Under the pieces are notes generated by a model that worked only from the letters and a program-made list of their open reading frames with translations, searched no databases and was not told where the DNA came from. This document shows, one piece after another, positions 48,115 to 57,927 of a stretch of DNA of 64,000 bases; within the stretch, counting starts at the first letter, position 1; every line of letters starts with the position of its first letter. The position numbers and the translations under genes were made by a program. Source of the stretch: Bdellovibrionota bacterium (GTDB lineage: Bacteria; Bdellovibrionota_C; UBA2361; CALJRW01); contig JBGSMD010000048.1 of NCBI GenBank assembly GCA_041740355.1, positions 1 to 64,000 of the forward strand. Direction: 5' to 3'.

Positions 48115-49965
48115 TTATTTTGCAATTTTAAGTCCGCAAGTTTCTTCTAAGGAGCTTAAGTTACTAGCGGAGAATCTAGTTAATCCATAGGCATTTACGT
48201 GTAAGTCAACAAACGATGTTGCTGATGTATACGTAGGATTGATGCCTTGATTATTTACACCTTGTAAATATTGATTTTCTACAACTTTAGTTGCTTTTTT
48301 ACGTGCGGCAGAAACTTCTAAGCCACTTTTGACATATTGCTTAACTAAGGCTTTACGTAGTTTTGTTGCACGGCTAAGTCCAATAGTTTTAAGGTTATTA
48401 ATTGCTGATTTAAATTTATCTAGTTCAGAACTTAGACTCGATGTTTGTAAGCCTGCGGCACAATTATCAATATTCGTACACTCAAAAAGGTAGACGCCTT
48501 GTCCAATAATAGCATTATATGATTCCCACCCTTTAGTATTTTCGGCAGCAGGATCGAAATCATCAACTTTAGCTTTTATACCTAGCTGTTTGTTGATTTT
48601 TTTAATTCTTTGCTCAATCTTAGATGAGATCAGATTTAGTTGAGCCATATCTTGATCTGCCTGAGTGATGGCTTTTAAATCCGCTTGCTTACATTCAGGT
48701 ATAATGGAATTAACTTTTACTTTGACAGCAGTACATTCTGTTTGCAGATTATTAAGTCCATATTCTACTAAAAAGTCTGCGCCAATTGTGTAATCACCAG
48801 CTTGATCTTTAGTTGGTGTCCAATCAATTTTAATTGTTGCTTTTCCATTAGTAGCATCTTCTTCAAAAATTACTTCTTGACCATTTGGTACGTTTGGTTT
48901 TGCGCCAGCAGGTAATCCAGAATAACTGATAATCACAGGAGCTTTTTCTGTATCAAAATAATCTTCATTAATTACTTCAAATGTTAAAGTAGTTGATTGA
49001 CCAATCTCGACGGGGTTAATTGTTACGTTAGATGCACCACAAAGTACTCTGGATTTAGTTTCTAACTCAGGATGAACGCATGTTGAGCAATCTGTTTTTT
49101 GAGTTAGTAAGCTACTGATATAGTTATCAGTGTAAGTCGGCACAGCATTGGCTGCTGCCCAGAACCAAACTCCCACACGTTCAGCAAACTTAATTCCTTC
49201 GTATGTATATGACTTATTGCGCAGTAATAAAGGTTCAACTTGGTGCTCATTAATTCCACTGACATCAAGTTCTAAATGAATAATTTTAGTAGTTGCTGTG
49301 TTGTCAATTGAAAAGCTTACTTTATCTGGTTGATCAACTGAACTGAAAATCTCTTCACGATAATATGGGGCAGTTCGAGCATAAAAACTTTCTTTTAAAC
49401 TTGCTTTGTTAACGTATGGTCCCGTTCCATCACCCAGTGGAAATGTGCTATCAAAACCATTATGAGTTACATTTTGTTTTTCATGAATTTCTCCATTATT
49501 ACAATAAAGATTTAAATGTCCGTTAAAGGCAAAAACATTAACTTTCGGATTAAGTTCATCCGTAAAATCAACATACAAATGACCAACACTGGCTTCACAA
49601 TTTTTACGACTGATATCTAGATCGCCGCTTGTTAAAACTAAATGAAAGAAGTTAGTTGTTTTTCCAGTTGTGGTATCAATTTCTGCCTCTACTGTTAATC
49701 TTTTGGCATCTTGATTGTAATTAAGATCTAGGTAATTAACTTTAACTAAATTATTACGATCCTCAATATCTTGTTGGATTTGGGCATTAGTTTTGGCACA
49801 GCCAACGCCTTCACAAATTACATTTTCGCAGTAATTAATGTCATTAAAATCTGGTATGTGGACGTTATATTCTTTGGTCGTAAGCGAAGGTAAGCCGATT
49901 AAAAGTAGTAATGCTGATGCGGCAGTAATAATTAAAACCTTTCTTTTCATAACAACCCAAATCAA
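48115..49965 (-). CDS. Secreted/membrane-anchored hypothetical protein with an Ig-like domain and a basic Cys-containing C-terminal domain
   Basis: N-terminal hydrophobic helix; SGLPAGA...WTP...QAGDY Ig-like motif; Lys-rich helical C-terminus. Confidence 0.7.
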   Translation of the reverse strand: MIWVVMKRKVLIITAASALLLLIGLPSLTTKEYNVHIPDFNDINYCENVICEGVGCAKTNAQIQQDIEDRNNLVKVNYLDLNYNQDAKRLTVEAEIDTTTGKTTNFFHLVLTSGDLDISRKNCEASVGHLYVDFTDELNPKVNVFAFNGHLNLYCNNGEIHEKQNVTHNGFDSTFPLGDGTGPYVNKASLKESFYARTAPYYREEIFSSVDQPDKVSFSIDNTATTKIIHLELDVSGINEHQVEPLLLRNKSYTYEGIKFAERVGVWFWAAANAVPTYTDNYISSLLTQKTDCSTCVHPELETKSRVLCGASNVTINPVEIGQSTTLTFEVINEDYFDTEKAPVIISYSGLPAGAKPNVPNGQEVIFEEDATNGKATIKIDWTPTKDQAGDYTIGADFLVEYGLNNLQTECTAVKVKVNSIIPECKQADLKAITQADQDMAQLNLISSKIEQRIKKINKQLGIKAKVDDFDPAAENTKGWESYNAIIGQGVYLFECTNIDNCAAGLQTSSLSSELDKFKSAINNLKTIGLSRATKLRKALVKQYVKSGLEVSAARKKATKVVENQYLQGVNNQGINPTYTSATSFVDLHVNAYGLTRFSASNLSSLEETCGLKIAK

Positions 49966-50170
49966 AATACATGTCTAACTAGGTTAAGATGTTATTAAAC
50001 CATAATCAGATTCAAGTAACTAATTGGATTTTATCTAAATCATTGTTTATATTAGTAATTTATGGATCGTTCGATAGTCGAGATTGAATCACAGCAGTTT
50101 ACAATGCCACCTAGCCTACTTAGTAACTAAGTTTTCCTCAGTGTATAGTAATGACAAAAAATAATTTACT

Positions 50171-50297
50171 GCCTGCCTAGCCGAAGCTTCAGCGAAGGCT
50201 GGTTAGTAAATTAAACAAAGTCATTACGGCTAATGCAAATCTTGGATTCCCACATTCGCTTCCTCCTTCGGCGGACAAGAAAGCTATGGCAGACAAG
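50171..50297. repeat. REP-like short palindromic repeat remnants
   Basis: GC-rich GCCTGCCTAGCCGAAGCTTCAGCGAAGGCTGG hairpin, and direct repeats GGCGGACAAG/GGCAGACAAG, in AT-rich intergenic DNA. Confidence 0.5.
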
Positions 50298-50369
50298 TAT
50301 CCAAGTTTGCATAGCTAAAAACAACATAAATAGTGATTCCAAGCATAATCCTTGGTTTATTAAAGTAAT

Positions 50370-51098
50370 TTATTTTTTGGACTCACTGTAAAGGGGCTCA
50401 AATTTACTAACTAATTCTGAAGTGCGATCAATCCCCACTAGTCCATAATCTCTCGGTAATGACCAAGCTAAAAAATTGGTGATATCTTGAATTTTAGCGG
50501 GCTCATGTTCTTCGATAAAGATATTAAAGACCAAATTCATGGAAGGACTTAAAGTCATATCAGTCATCAAGAACACTGCGGGTTCTATAACTCCAAATTT
50601 TTCGCGTAAGGTGTGATAAATATTTCGGCGAATATAAGTCGGCAGATAGGTCTGGCTTGGTTGGGCTAATAAAACTTCTCGTTCTGTGAGATTTGCCTTT
50701 TTCTCATCAGCATTTAAATTTTCCCAACGAGCTTGATCATGAATAAATATGTTTGTTTCTCGGAAGTTCCAAAGATCTCCCGCTGAAAATATCCAATCAG
50801 GCTGACTGTTAGTCTGAGGATTAACCACAATTCCTAATCCATTCTCAGTAACATAATCTAATAAATGTATGACTGAAAATGCTTCAAACGAGATCCCCGG
50901 AGTTGGTAAATTTAGCACAAAGTAAGGAAACTTATCAGGTCCAGTAATAATTTGAGGATCTCCGCAAGTCATACTAGCGGTCGGTATAAACTGAAAGAAA
51001 GAGTTTACCCAGTTGTCTTGTCGTTGTTCAAATGGAACTTTACAAAGATTGAAAATATTATTGGTATACTCAAGATTAAAAAAATTTAGATCTGTCAT
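50370..51098 (-). CDS. Conserved hypothetical protein
   Basis: 242-aa ORF; GPDKFPYF, PDWIFSAGDLW, PSQTYLP motifs; family not certain. Confidence 0.65.
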   Translation of the reverse strand: MTDLNFFNLEYTNNIFNLCKVPFEQRQDNWVNSFFQFIPTASMTCGDPQIITGPDKFPYFVLNLPTPGISFEAFSVIHLLDYVTENGLGIVVNPQTNSQPDWIFSAGDLWNFRETNIFIHDQARWENLNADEKKANLTEREVLLAQPSQTYLPTYIRRNIYHTLREKFGVIEPAVFLMTDMTLSPSMNLVFNIFIEEHEPAKIQDITNFLAWSLPRDYGLVGIDRTSELVSKFEPLYSESKK

Positions 51099-51245
51099 GA
51101 TGTTAAAATAGTTAGTTTTAAATGCATTATTAATTAAAGAGCTTAATAATGTCCATGCAGTTTATTATTATTGATAATTATCATAGTCTGCCAACCTTAT
51201 TCATTAATTCTAATAATCTTAAAGCACACTTTAGTATAGTTCTAG

Positions 51246-52103
51246 ATGTTCAATTTCTTTCCTAACAAACTAATTTTATTAATAGGAGTCATTGGACTCT
51301 TGATAATTGTCTACTTTACAGACTTTGATATCAGTATTTTAGGCCTATTTCTTGATCAAAAATTTTGGATTTACGCGGTCGTCGGATTTTGTGCCCAAAT
51401 GATAGATGGGGCCCTTGGTATGGCCTACGGAGTTAGCTCGACTACTTTTTTACTTAGCGCAGGAGTATCTCCAGCAATAGCAAGCGCAAGTGTGCATATT
51501 GCTGAAATTTTCACTTCTGGTGTTTCTGGATTAATGCACCATAAATTGGGGAATGTGAATAAAAAACTATTTCGCCGCTTAGTTTTGCCAGGTGTAATTG
51601 GCGGAATCTTTGGAGCCTACTTATCTACGATAATTGATGGTAAATGGCTAACTCCTTACATTGCTAGCTACTTGTTAATCATGGGTTTTGTAATTATTTT
51701 TAAGGCATTTAAAAAGAAAGTTCTAAATCCAAAACCAAAAAGATTATTTCCATTAGCTTTGTTCGGAGGATTTGCTGATGCTATTGGAGGTGGAGGGTGG
51801 GGGCCAATTGTAAATAGTACTTTATTAAGTTCGGGTTGGACTCCTCGTTATGCAATTGGGTCGGTTAATCTCGCGGAATTTTTTGTAGCATTTTTTACTG
51901 CACTATCTTTTATTGTTTTTTTAGGGCTTCATAATTGGGAGAACCTGAGTGGAATGGCAACAATTATTGCCGGATTAATTTTTGGCGGTGTATTTGCTGC
52001 CCCCTTTGCTGCCTTGCTCTGTAAAAAGCTTAAAGCAAAAACACTAATGATTATTGTTGGTCTATTAATTATTACTTTAAGTGCTAAGACATTATTCTTT
52101 TAG
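51246..52103 (+). CDS. Sulfite exporter TauE/SafE family
   Basis: AQMIDGALGMAYGV, DAIGGGGWGP. Confidence 0.9.
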   Translation: MFNFFPNKLILLIGVIGLLIIVYFTDFDISILGLFLDQKFWIYAVVGFCAQMIDGALGMAYGVSSTTFLLSAGVSPAIASASVHIAEIFTSGVSGLMHHKLGNVNKKLFRRLVLPGVIGGIFGAYLSTIIDGKWLTPYIASYLLIMGFVIIFKAFKKKVLNPKPKRLFPLALFGGFADAIGGGGWGPIVNSTLLSSGWTPRYAIGSVNLAEFFVAFFTALSFIVFLGLHNWENLSGMATIIAGLIFGGVFAAPFAALLCKKLKAKTLMIIVGLLIITLSAKTLFF

Positions 52104-52185
52104 CCAGAGTATATTTGTGATGTTAAGATTAAAGCTTTTTTGCTAAAAATGATTAAGTCTTGATTACTCTAAATCTTAATTATTC

Positions 52186-53280
52186 ATGAAAAAAATTAAA
52201 GTAGCCTTAATATACAGTACCAATGGTTTTGGTGGAATGGTTACAAATATAGCAAAAATAGTTAATTGCTTACATCGAGATGATTTCGAAGTAATACTAA
52301 TTAGCATAGAAGCTAATAATCCAGTAGCACTTTTGATTGATCAAGAATTATCGACAAAAGTCATGGAACTGGGCTGTCGTGGTCGATTAGATTTTCAAAC
52401 ACTAAATAAACTTCGTAAAATTCTACTTGAGGAAGAGGTTGGCATACTCTCACTTCATGGTTATAAAGCAAATTTTTATGGATTATTTTCGAGTTTTAAT
52501 CTGAAGTTAAAACGAATTAGTACTATTCATGGATGGGTTAGTCAGTCATTAAAATTAAAATGTTATCAGTATCTTGATAAACTTTTAGTATTTAAGTTCG
52601 ACGAAATAATTGCTGTGTCTCCAGCGCAATTAATTAGACATCCTTATCTCAAGTTAATTCGTCATAGAATAACTGTCATTGAAAATGCAATTGATATTAA
52701 TGAAATGAGTATTTCATTAGAGCAGCAGTTAGAAAAAGAAAAAAATGTAATAATTTTAGGAACAAGTTCCAGATTAGAAATTGAGAAGCGAGTTCATGTT
52801 TTAATTCTTGCTTGTAGTAAATTGAAAGTACGAAATTGGAAGTTCTTGATCTTGGGAGACGGTTCGGAACGTCAGAATTTAGAAAGACTTAGCCATTCTT
52901 TAGGTTTATCAGAGGAAATTATTTTTTTAGGTTATCAAAAGAATGTAAAACCTTTTTTGCATTATTTTGATATCTTTCTAAGTGCTTCCTCAATTGAAGG
53001 ACTTCCTAATAGTTTATTAGAGGCTGGTGCATGTGATAATGCTGTGATTGTCAGTGATATCGTCGAACATAGTACGGTTGTCCAGGATAAAATTAACGGA
53101 CTGCATTTCCCACTAGATAATGTTACTATTTTAGCGGAGCGAATCGCCGATTTAATAGAAAATCAAGATTTGCGAGATACTTTAGCGCTCAATCTAAAGC
53201 AGCACTTAATTGAACATTACTCATTAGGGCGAAGAGAGAAGATGTTTAACTCTTTGTTTCTAAAAGCAGGCACTAGTTAA
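52186..53280 (+). CDS. GT4-family glycosyltransferase
   Basis: TIHGW, RLEIEKR, GDGSER, EGLPNSLLEA. Confidence 0.9.
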   Translation: MKKIKVALIYSTNGFGGMVTNIAKIVNCLHRDDFEVILISIEANNPVALLIDQELSTKVMELGCRGRLDFQTLNKLRKILLEEEVGILSLHGYKANFYGLFSSFNLKLKRISTIHGWVSQSLKLKCYQYLDKLLVFKFDEIIAVSPAQLIRHPYLKLIRHRITVIENAIDINEMSISLEQQLEKEKNVIILGTSSRLEIEKRVHVLILACSKLKVRNWKFLILGDGSERQNLERLSHSLGLSEEIIFLGYQKNVKPFLHYFDIFLSASSIEGLPNSLLEAGACDNAVIVSDIVEHSTVVQDKINGLHFPLDNVTILAERIADLIENQDLRDTLALNLKQHLIEHYSLGRREKMFNSLFLKAGTS

Positions 53281-53290
53281 TAGATTAATT

Positions 53291-53857
53291 ATGAAAGAAT
53301 GTCTTAAAAATACTATTCAATTGATCACACGGATTTTTATTTTACCAGTATATTTTGTTTATCTTGTTAACTCTGCTTTATTTGGTAAAGAGCGAGCGTT
53401 CCCTGGATTCTCTCAATTTTTAGCACAGTTTCCGGGGTTAACGGGAATTTATTTGCGACGAGAGTTTTATCGTCTGGTATTAAATAACTGTGCCCGAGAT
53501 TGCGTTATTGGTTATGGAAGTATTTTTGCTCATCACGAGGTTAGTCTTGGTGCAAAAGTTTCCATAGGAAGTTATTGTTGCTTTGGGGCAGTAAAAATTG
53601 CTGAAGGCACACAAATTGCCAGTCGAGTAAGTATTATTTCTGGTTTACATCAACATCAGCGTAATGATCAGCAAGAATTATGTGAGGGACAATTTATTCC
53701 AGTAAGCATTGGAAAACAAGTTTGGATAGGAGAGGGCGCAATTATTGCAAGGGACGTTGGAGATTATTCGAATATTGCAGCCGGTGCTGTTGTGCTAAAA
53801 CCAGTAGCTTCGAATTCCACCGCGGTTGGTAATCCAGCAAAAACAATTAGTAATTAA
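53291..53857 (+). CDS. Hexapeptide-repeat acyltransferase
   Basis: IGKQVWIGEGAII, AGAVV, VGNPAK. Confidence 0.88.
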   Translation: MKECLKNTIQLITRIFILPVYFVYLVNSALFGKERAFPGFSQFLAQFPGLTGIYLRREFYRLVLNNCARDCVIGYGSIFAHHEVSLGAKVSIGSYCCFGAVKIAEGTQIASRVSIISGLHQHQRNDQQELCEGQFIPVSIGKQVWIGEGAIIARDVGDYSNIAAGAVVLKPVASNSTAVGNPAKTISN

Positions 53858-54723
53858 CTTAAGCTTTCTGGAACAAGCCAATCTATTCTATAATTTGCGG
53901 CGGCAATATCACCTAAATTGTTTGCTAGCCATGGAAGTGCTGAATTAATTTGGGAGTCAATTTGCCAAGGACAGTTAATAATAATCAACCCAGTTCCCGC
54001 GATCCCTAAGCCGTAGCGTTCTGCTCTAAAATTAATTTCCACCAAAAGAGTTTTTGGGATTTGTAGATCCTTAATCTGTCGGAGTAAGGTGATTTCATTC
54101 CCTCGTTCCACAACTGGATACCAGATTAAATATATTCCATGAGCAAATCGTTTCAGGCATTCGACTAGTAAAGTTGTAACATTTAGATAATCACTCCTTA
54201 ATTCGTAGGGGGGATCAATTAAGATCACACCACGGGCGGCACGCGGAGGTAAGTGTGATTTGAAATCTTTAAAACTATCTTCTGGGAAAGTTTTAATTCG
54301 TTTATCTCGCGCTTTCCAATCACGCAGTTTTTGATACTCAATGGGATGTAATTCTAATAGAGTCGCCCTATCCTGTTCGCGCATCAGATGCTGAGCCCAA
54401 TAAGGAGAACCAGGGTAAAGCTTAGTATCTTTTGCTTGAGTTTGAATTAAATCGAGAGTCTTTAGCCAAAGCGTGATTTCTGATGGTAACCCTGTTGAGC
54501 TTTGCTCGGCCAGCTGTAAAAGTTTTTTTATACCTGAATCAGCTTCTCCAGTTTTTAAACTTTCGCTGCTTTCTAAGCTATAAGCACCTGCTCCCGCATG
54601 GGTGTCATAGAAATGAAAAGGCGTATCCTTTTTTTTTAGAGACTGAAGTACTAAAAATAGGATGAAATGTTTAAGGACATCAGCCGCATTTCCAGCATGA
54701 TAGCCATGTTGATAACTTAACAT
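53854..54723 (-). CDS. rlmJ: 23S rRNA m6A2030 methyltransferase
   Basis: MLSYQHGYHAGNAADVLKH, DTHAGAG, YPGSP, ELHP, LIDPPYE. Confidence 0.95.
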   Translation of the reverse strand: MLSYQHGYHAGNAADVLKHFILFLVLQSLKKKDTPFHFYDTHAGAGAYSLESSESLKTGEADSGIKKLLQLAEQSSTGLPSEITLWLKTLDLIQTQAKDTKLYPGSPYWAQHLMREQDRATLLELHPIEYQKLRDWKARDKRIKTFPEDSFKDFKSHLPPRAARGVILIDPPYELRSDYLNVTTLLVECLKRFAHGIYLIWYPVVERGNEITLLRQIKDLQIPKTLLVEINFRAERYGLGIAGTGLIIINCPWQIDSQINSALPWLANNLGDIAAANYRIDWLVPESLS

Positions 54724-54972
54724 CGGTATTCTGGTCTCTCTCGAGGTGAGTTTTAAATAGTTCTGAAATGTAGCTCATATCTAAAAGACTGGACTACTGT
54801 GTTATTTGTTTTAATCCAAAACACTAAGTTTTTCAATGGCTTATAAGTAAGATAATTAGCACTTAAAGACTTAAGATTAACTTATTTAAATTCGATAATA
54901 AAAACGAACTAATTTATAGAGTGCCTGTCTAAAGTTGAATAAGTAACATATTTTAATTTTTATATTCTTTAT

Positions 54973-55506
54973 ATGCGACAAACAAAATCATTAAAAATAA
55001 TTGATCAAATTACAATTAAGGAACCATGTCACGAGTCTTGGGATAAAATGAAAGGAAATCAGTCTGCCCGACATTGCGACAGTTGTGTTCATACCGTCAT
55101 AAACCTATCAGCTCTAACAAAGAAGCAAGCAGAAACGATATTAAAGAATCGAGGGAATAAGAGGCTTTGTGTACGCTATGAGATTAGTATTAGTGGATTA
55201 ATTAAGTTTAAAAAAAGTTTCTGGGAGGAATTAAGGCAGATCTGCTCAGTCTTCCTTGCTATAGTTTGTACATTTTTAGGACTTAGCACTATGGCAATAG
55301 CGGAGGATCAGGTCAAAGCACCAGAGATAACACAAGTTCCAAGTGAATCAGTTAAAATGGGAGAGATGCCTATGAATAGTCCTAGCCCTAGTCCAATACC
55401 TAACAAGGAGTTAATGGGAGATGTGGCCATTCGACCAGTGCAGGCAGATGTTAAAATATCGCACGACGCCGTAATTAAAATGGGTAAAGTAGCTGCATCA
55501 GATTAA
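54973..55506 (+). CDS. Hypothetical protein with an N-terminal Cys-rich domain and one TM helix
   Basis: PCHESWDKM...HCDSC...V..LS...RLCVR, then a hydrophobic helix and a low-complexity tail with repeated MG motifs. Confidence 0.75.
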   Translation: MRQTKSLKIIDQITIKEPCHESWDKMKGNQSARHCDSCVHTVINLSALTKKQAETILKNRGNKRLCVRYEISISGLIKFKKSFWEELRQICSVFLAIVCTFLGLSTMAIAEDQVKAPEITQVPSESVKMGEMPMNSPSPSPIPNKELMGDVAIRPVQADVKISHDAVIKMGKVAASD

Positions 55507-55800
55507 CTACTTCAGTTAATAGGAGTATTCCAGCATAAAGAGAATAATTAATTTCGCTTAGATATTATAATTCTCAAAAACTAAAAATGCATTTTGCAAT
55601 TTCCCCGGCCCTTCCGCACTTCCTAAAAAACCAAGCCTGTAAATATAATTTCCTTCAGGGAATTAAGTTTTGGAACGCACTATCTTTATTTTTATAATAA
55701 TGAGGTCTTCGATTAGGAAAGGAACTCTTTATTTATGAACGTACTAATCAATATCTAAAAGGAGAACTTAAGCTTTTAAATCGTGATAGGGTAGCTAAAA

Positions 55801-56898
55801 CTAATCTATATTTTGAAAGCCATGTTCAGTAACTTCTTTGAAAATCATTGGTCGCTCTGTTGAACCATCAGGCATAATTTTAAATTTACCAGAAGCACCC
55901 TCGCGCCAAGCTTCATTGCGAATCTTGGTGTTAAGACATCTTTCTAAATCCATCGCTTTTTCCGACTGACATATACTAGCTTCAGTTAATAACATTGAAA
56001 AACCATCATAGGAAAAAACAAAATCATCAGCGACATCTTCCCCAAGGAGTTTTTTTATTTTTGTTTGAATTTCAGTAAAGCGTTGTTGATTTACCGGAAA
56101 CTTTTGTTGAATGCTCCCCAAGAATGCTTTCCGACCTTTGAGATCGTAAGTTTGTAGCATACTGGATTGAATAATAATGGAACCTTGATACCCAAAGCTC
56201 CGAAGTTGTCTAATGAAAAATACTGCAGTCGGTTCAGATGTCATGACAAAAACAACTTCTGGTTTAGTTCGAAGTAAAGCTTGAACCTCGGTAGCATTTG
56301 GTACGGCGTTGGTGCTTAGTTCGACCGATTTAAAATCAAAATCAAGGGGCTCCTTGTCAATTGCATTTTTAATTGCTGCGGCAAATTGCACTCCAAAGTA
56401 TCCATCCCAGACTAAGGCTACACCTTTCTTCCATTTATTCTTTGCGACTAATTTACTAATAGCTAATCCTTCGTAATCTAGTAATGATAACCATGATAAG
56501 GCGTTGGGATTTTTTGCTTGAAAATCTGCGGAAGATCTTCCTGAAATGAAAAAAGGGATATTATCCTTTTTTGCTAACGGAGCTATTGCTTGAGCACCTT
56601 CTAAGCAAGAGGCTACAAGCATTTGTACCTTTTCCACATAAACTAAATATTGATAGGCACTTAAAGCTTTAGCTGGCGAACAGGTTTCTTCATCTTGGAA
56701 AAATAATTCAGCAGGGGTTTTCGATTCAAGATTTGCAATTTCGATAGCGGTACGGACACTTTTGCCCCAGACGGCCACTCCTCCAGTAAGTGGTGCAATT
56801 ACACCTACTTTAAATTTTTCGTTTGTAGGTGTGAGGTCAATTGCCAGAAGTATTGTCGGGAAGATTAAAAAATAAAGACTGCAAAGAATTTTTGTCAT
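55801..56898 (-). CDS. Type I periplasmic binding protein (branched-chain amino-acid ABC SBP-like), no permease adjacent
   Basis: KVGVIAPLTG..A..G, QDE..C.P, GASG.F...DG. Confidence 0.8.
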   Translation of the reverse strand: MTKILCSLYFLIFPTILLAIDLTPTNEKFKVGVIAPLTGGVAVWGKSVRTAIEIANLESKTPAELFFQDEETCSPAKALSAYQYLVYVEKVQMLVASCLEGAQAIAPLAKKDNIPFFISGRSSADFQAKNPNALSWLSLLDYEGLAISKLVAKNKWKKGVALVWDGYFGVQFAAAIKNAIDKEPLDFDFKSVELSTNAVPNATEVQALLRTKPEVVFVMTSEPTAVFFIRQLRSFGYQGSIIIQSSMLQTYDLKGRKAFLGSIQQKFPVNQQRFTEIQTKIKKLLGEDVADDFVFSYDGFSMLLTEASICQSEKAMDLERCLNTKIRNEAWREGASGKFKIMPDGSTERPMIFKEVTEHGFQNID

Positions 56899-57117
56899 AG
56901 TGGCGGGGATTGAGAAAATATAAAATTATACTAGGCAATTATCAAAATGACCATTTAAAACTCATCGACTCGTATCGATAGAATTTAAAAACAAGCCTTA
57001 GTAAGTAGTTTGCCAAGAATCTACAAAAATTAACAATGTTATGCCTGTTAAATCTTGATTTGTAATAATTTTGTAACAATATTGGTTGCCTAGAAGCATA
57101 GAGAATGATTCCTAAGA

Positions 57118-57789
57118 TTGGTCAGTGAGATGTTAAATACAACTAGAAAATTGCCCGTATTAGCTCATATTGCTCCCTCCCAAGCTATAACTCTTGTTGA
57201 TCGAATAGCTGAATTAAGTCCTGCGAGTCAACTTCGAAGTCTTTACGAATCATCGGTTATTCGTAAAGGCCATGCTCAGGGAGAGTCAGTTTTTGATGCA
57301 CTAGTTCAGTATAAAGACTGGATTAGCAAAGATCCCAGTGTAGCAACTCGGTGCTCTAATCGACAGCTACTAACTAGAACAACACTGGTCGAAAACATGT
57401 CGAAAGTATTGTTTGCAAAGTTTTCAATTATGGAAGGAGTCACGTTTTTTGGCAGTGCGGTTCGTGGAAAAGAACGGCCAGGTAATCTAAATTTAATGAT
57501 TCTAACTTCTCCCCAGGATTTGGACTTTAAGCATAACAGATATTCTCCCGAAGAGATTGCTAAAACTGAGGTTACTAAAATAGAAGATTTTATCAAAACC
57601 AATTTCCCAAGTATTGCAGGTATTAAGGTTAATTTCTTCGTAAACTATACCAATCAAGATCCCTACCTTTCCAATAGTATTTGCGAGACTGGACCTTATC
57701 TTGTTTTTGTTAAAGGCAGAAGTTCAAGAGAGATTTATCACTTTGCCAATACTAGTTGTGTTGATTATTTAAAGAATCGAGATGCTTAA
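57118..57789 (+). CDS. Nucleotidyltransferase-fold protein with a degenerate catalytic motif
   Basis: FFGSAVRG...GNLNLMIL, where the canonical motif is GS..RG....SDxD. Confidence 0.5.
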   Translation: MVSEMLNTTRKLPVLAHIAPSQAITLVDRIAELSPASQLRSLYESSVIRKGHAQGESVFDALVQYKDWISKDPSVATRCSNRQLLTRTTLVENMSKVLFAKFSIMEGVTFFGSAVRGKERPGNLNLMILTSPQDLDFKHNRYSPEEIAKTEVTKIEDFIKTNFPSIAGIKVNFFVNYTNQDPYLSNSICETGPYLVFVKGRSSREIYHFANTSCVDYLKNRDA

Positions 57790-57927
57790 ATGCTTAACAA
57801 AACTTTAGAACATCAGATTATTAGTATTTAATGATCCGAAATGAAGATTTATATTGAAGGAAATTATATTCATTTTTTAAAGCATACAAGAATATGAATA
57901 ATTTTTTTTGGAAGTTTAAGTCTCTGC

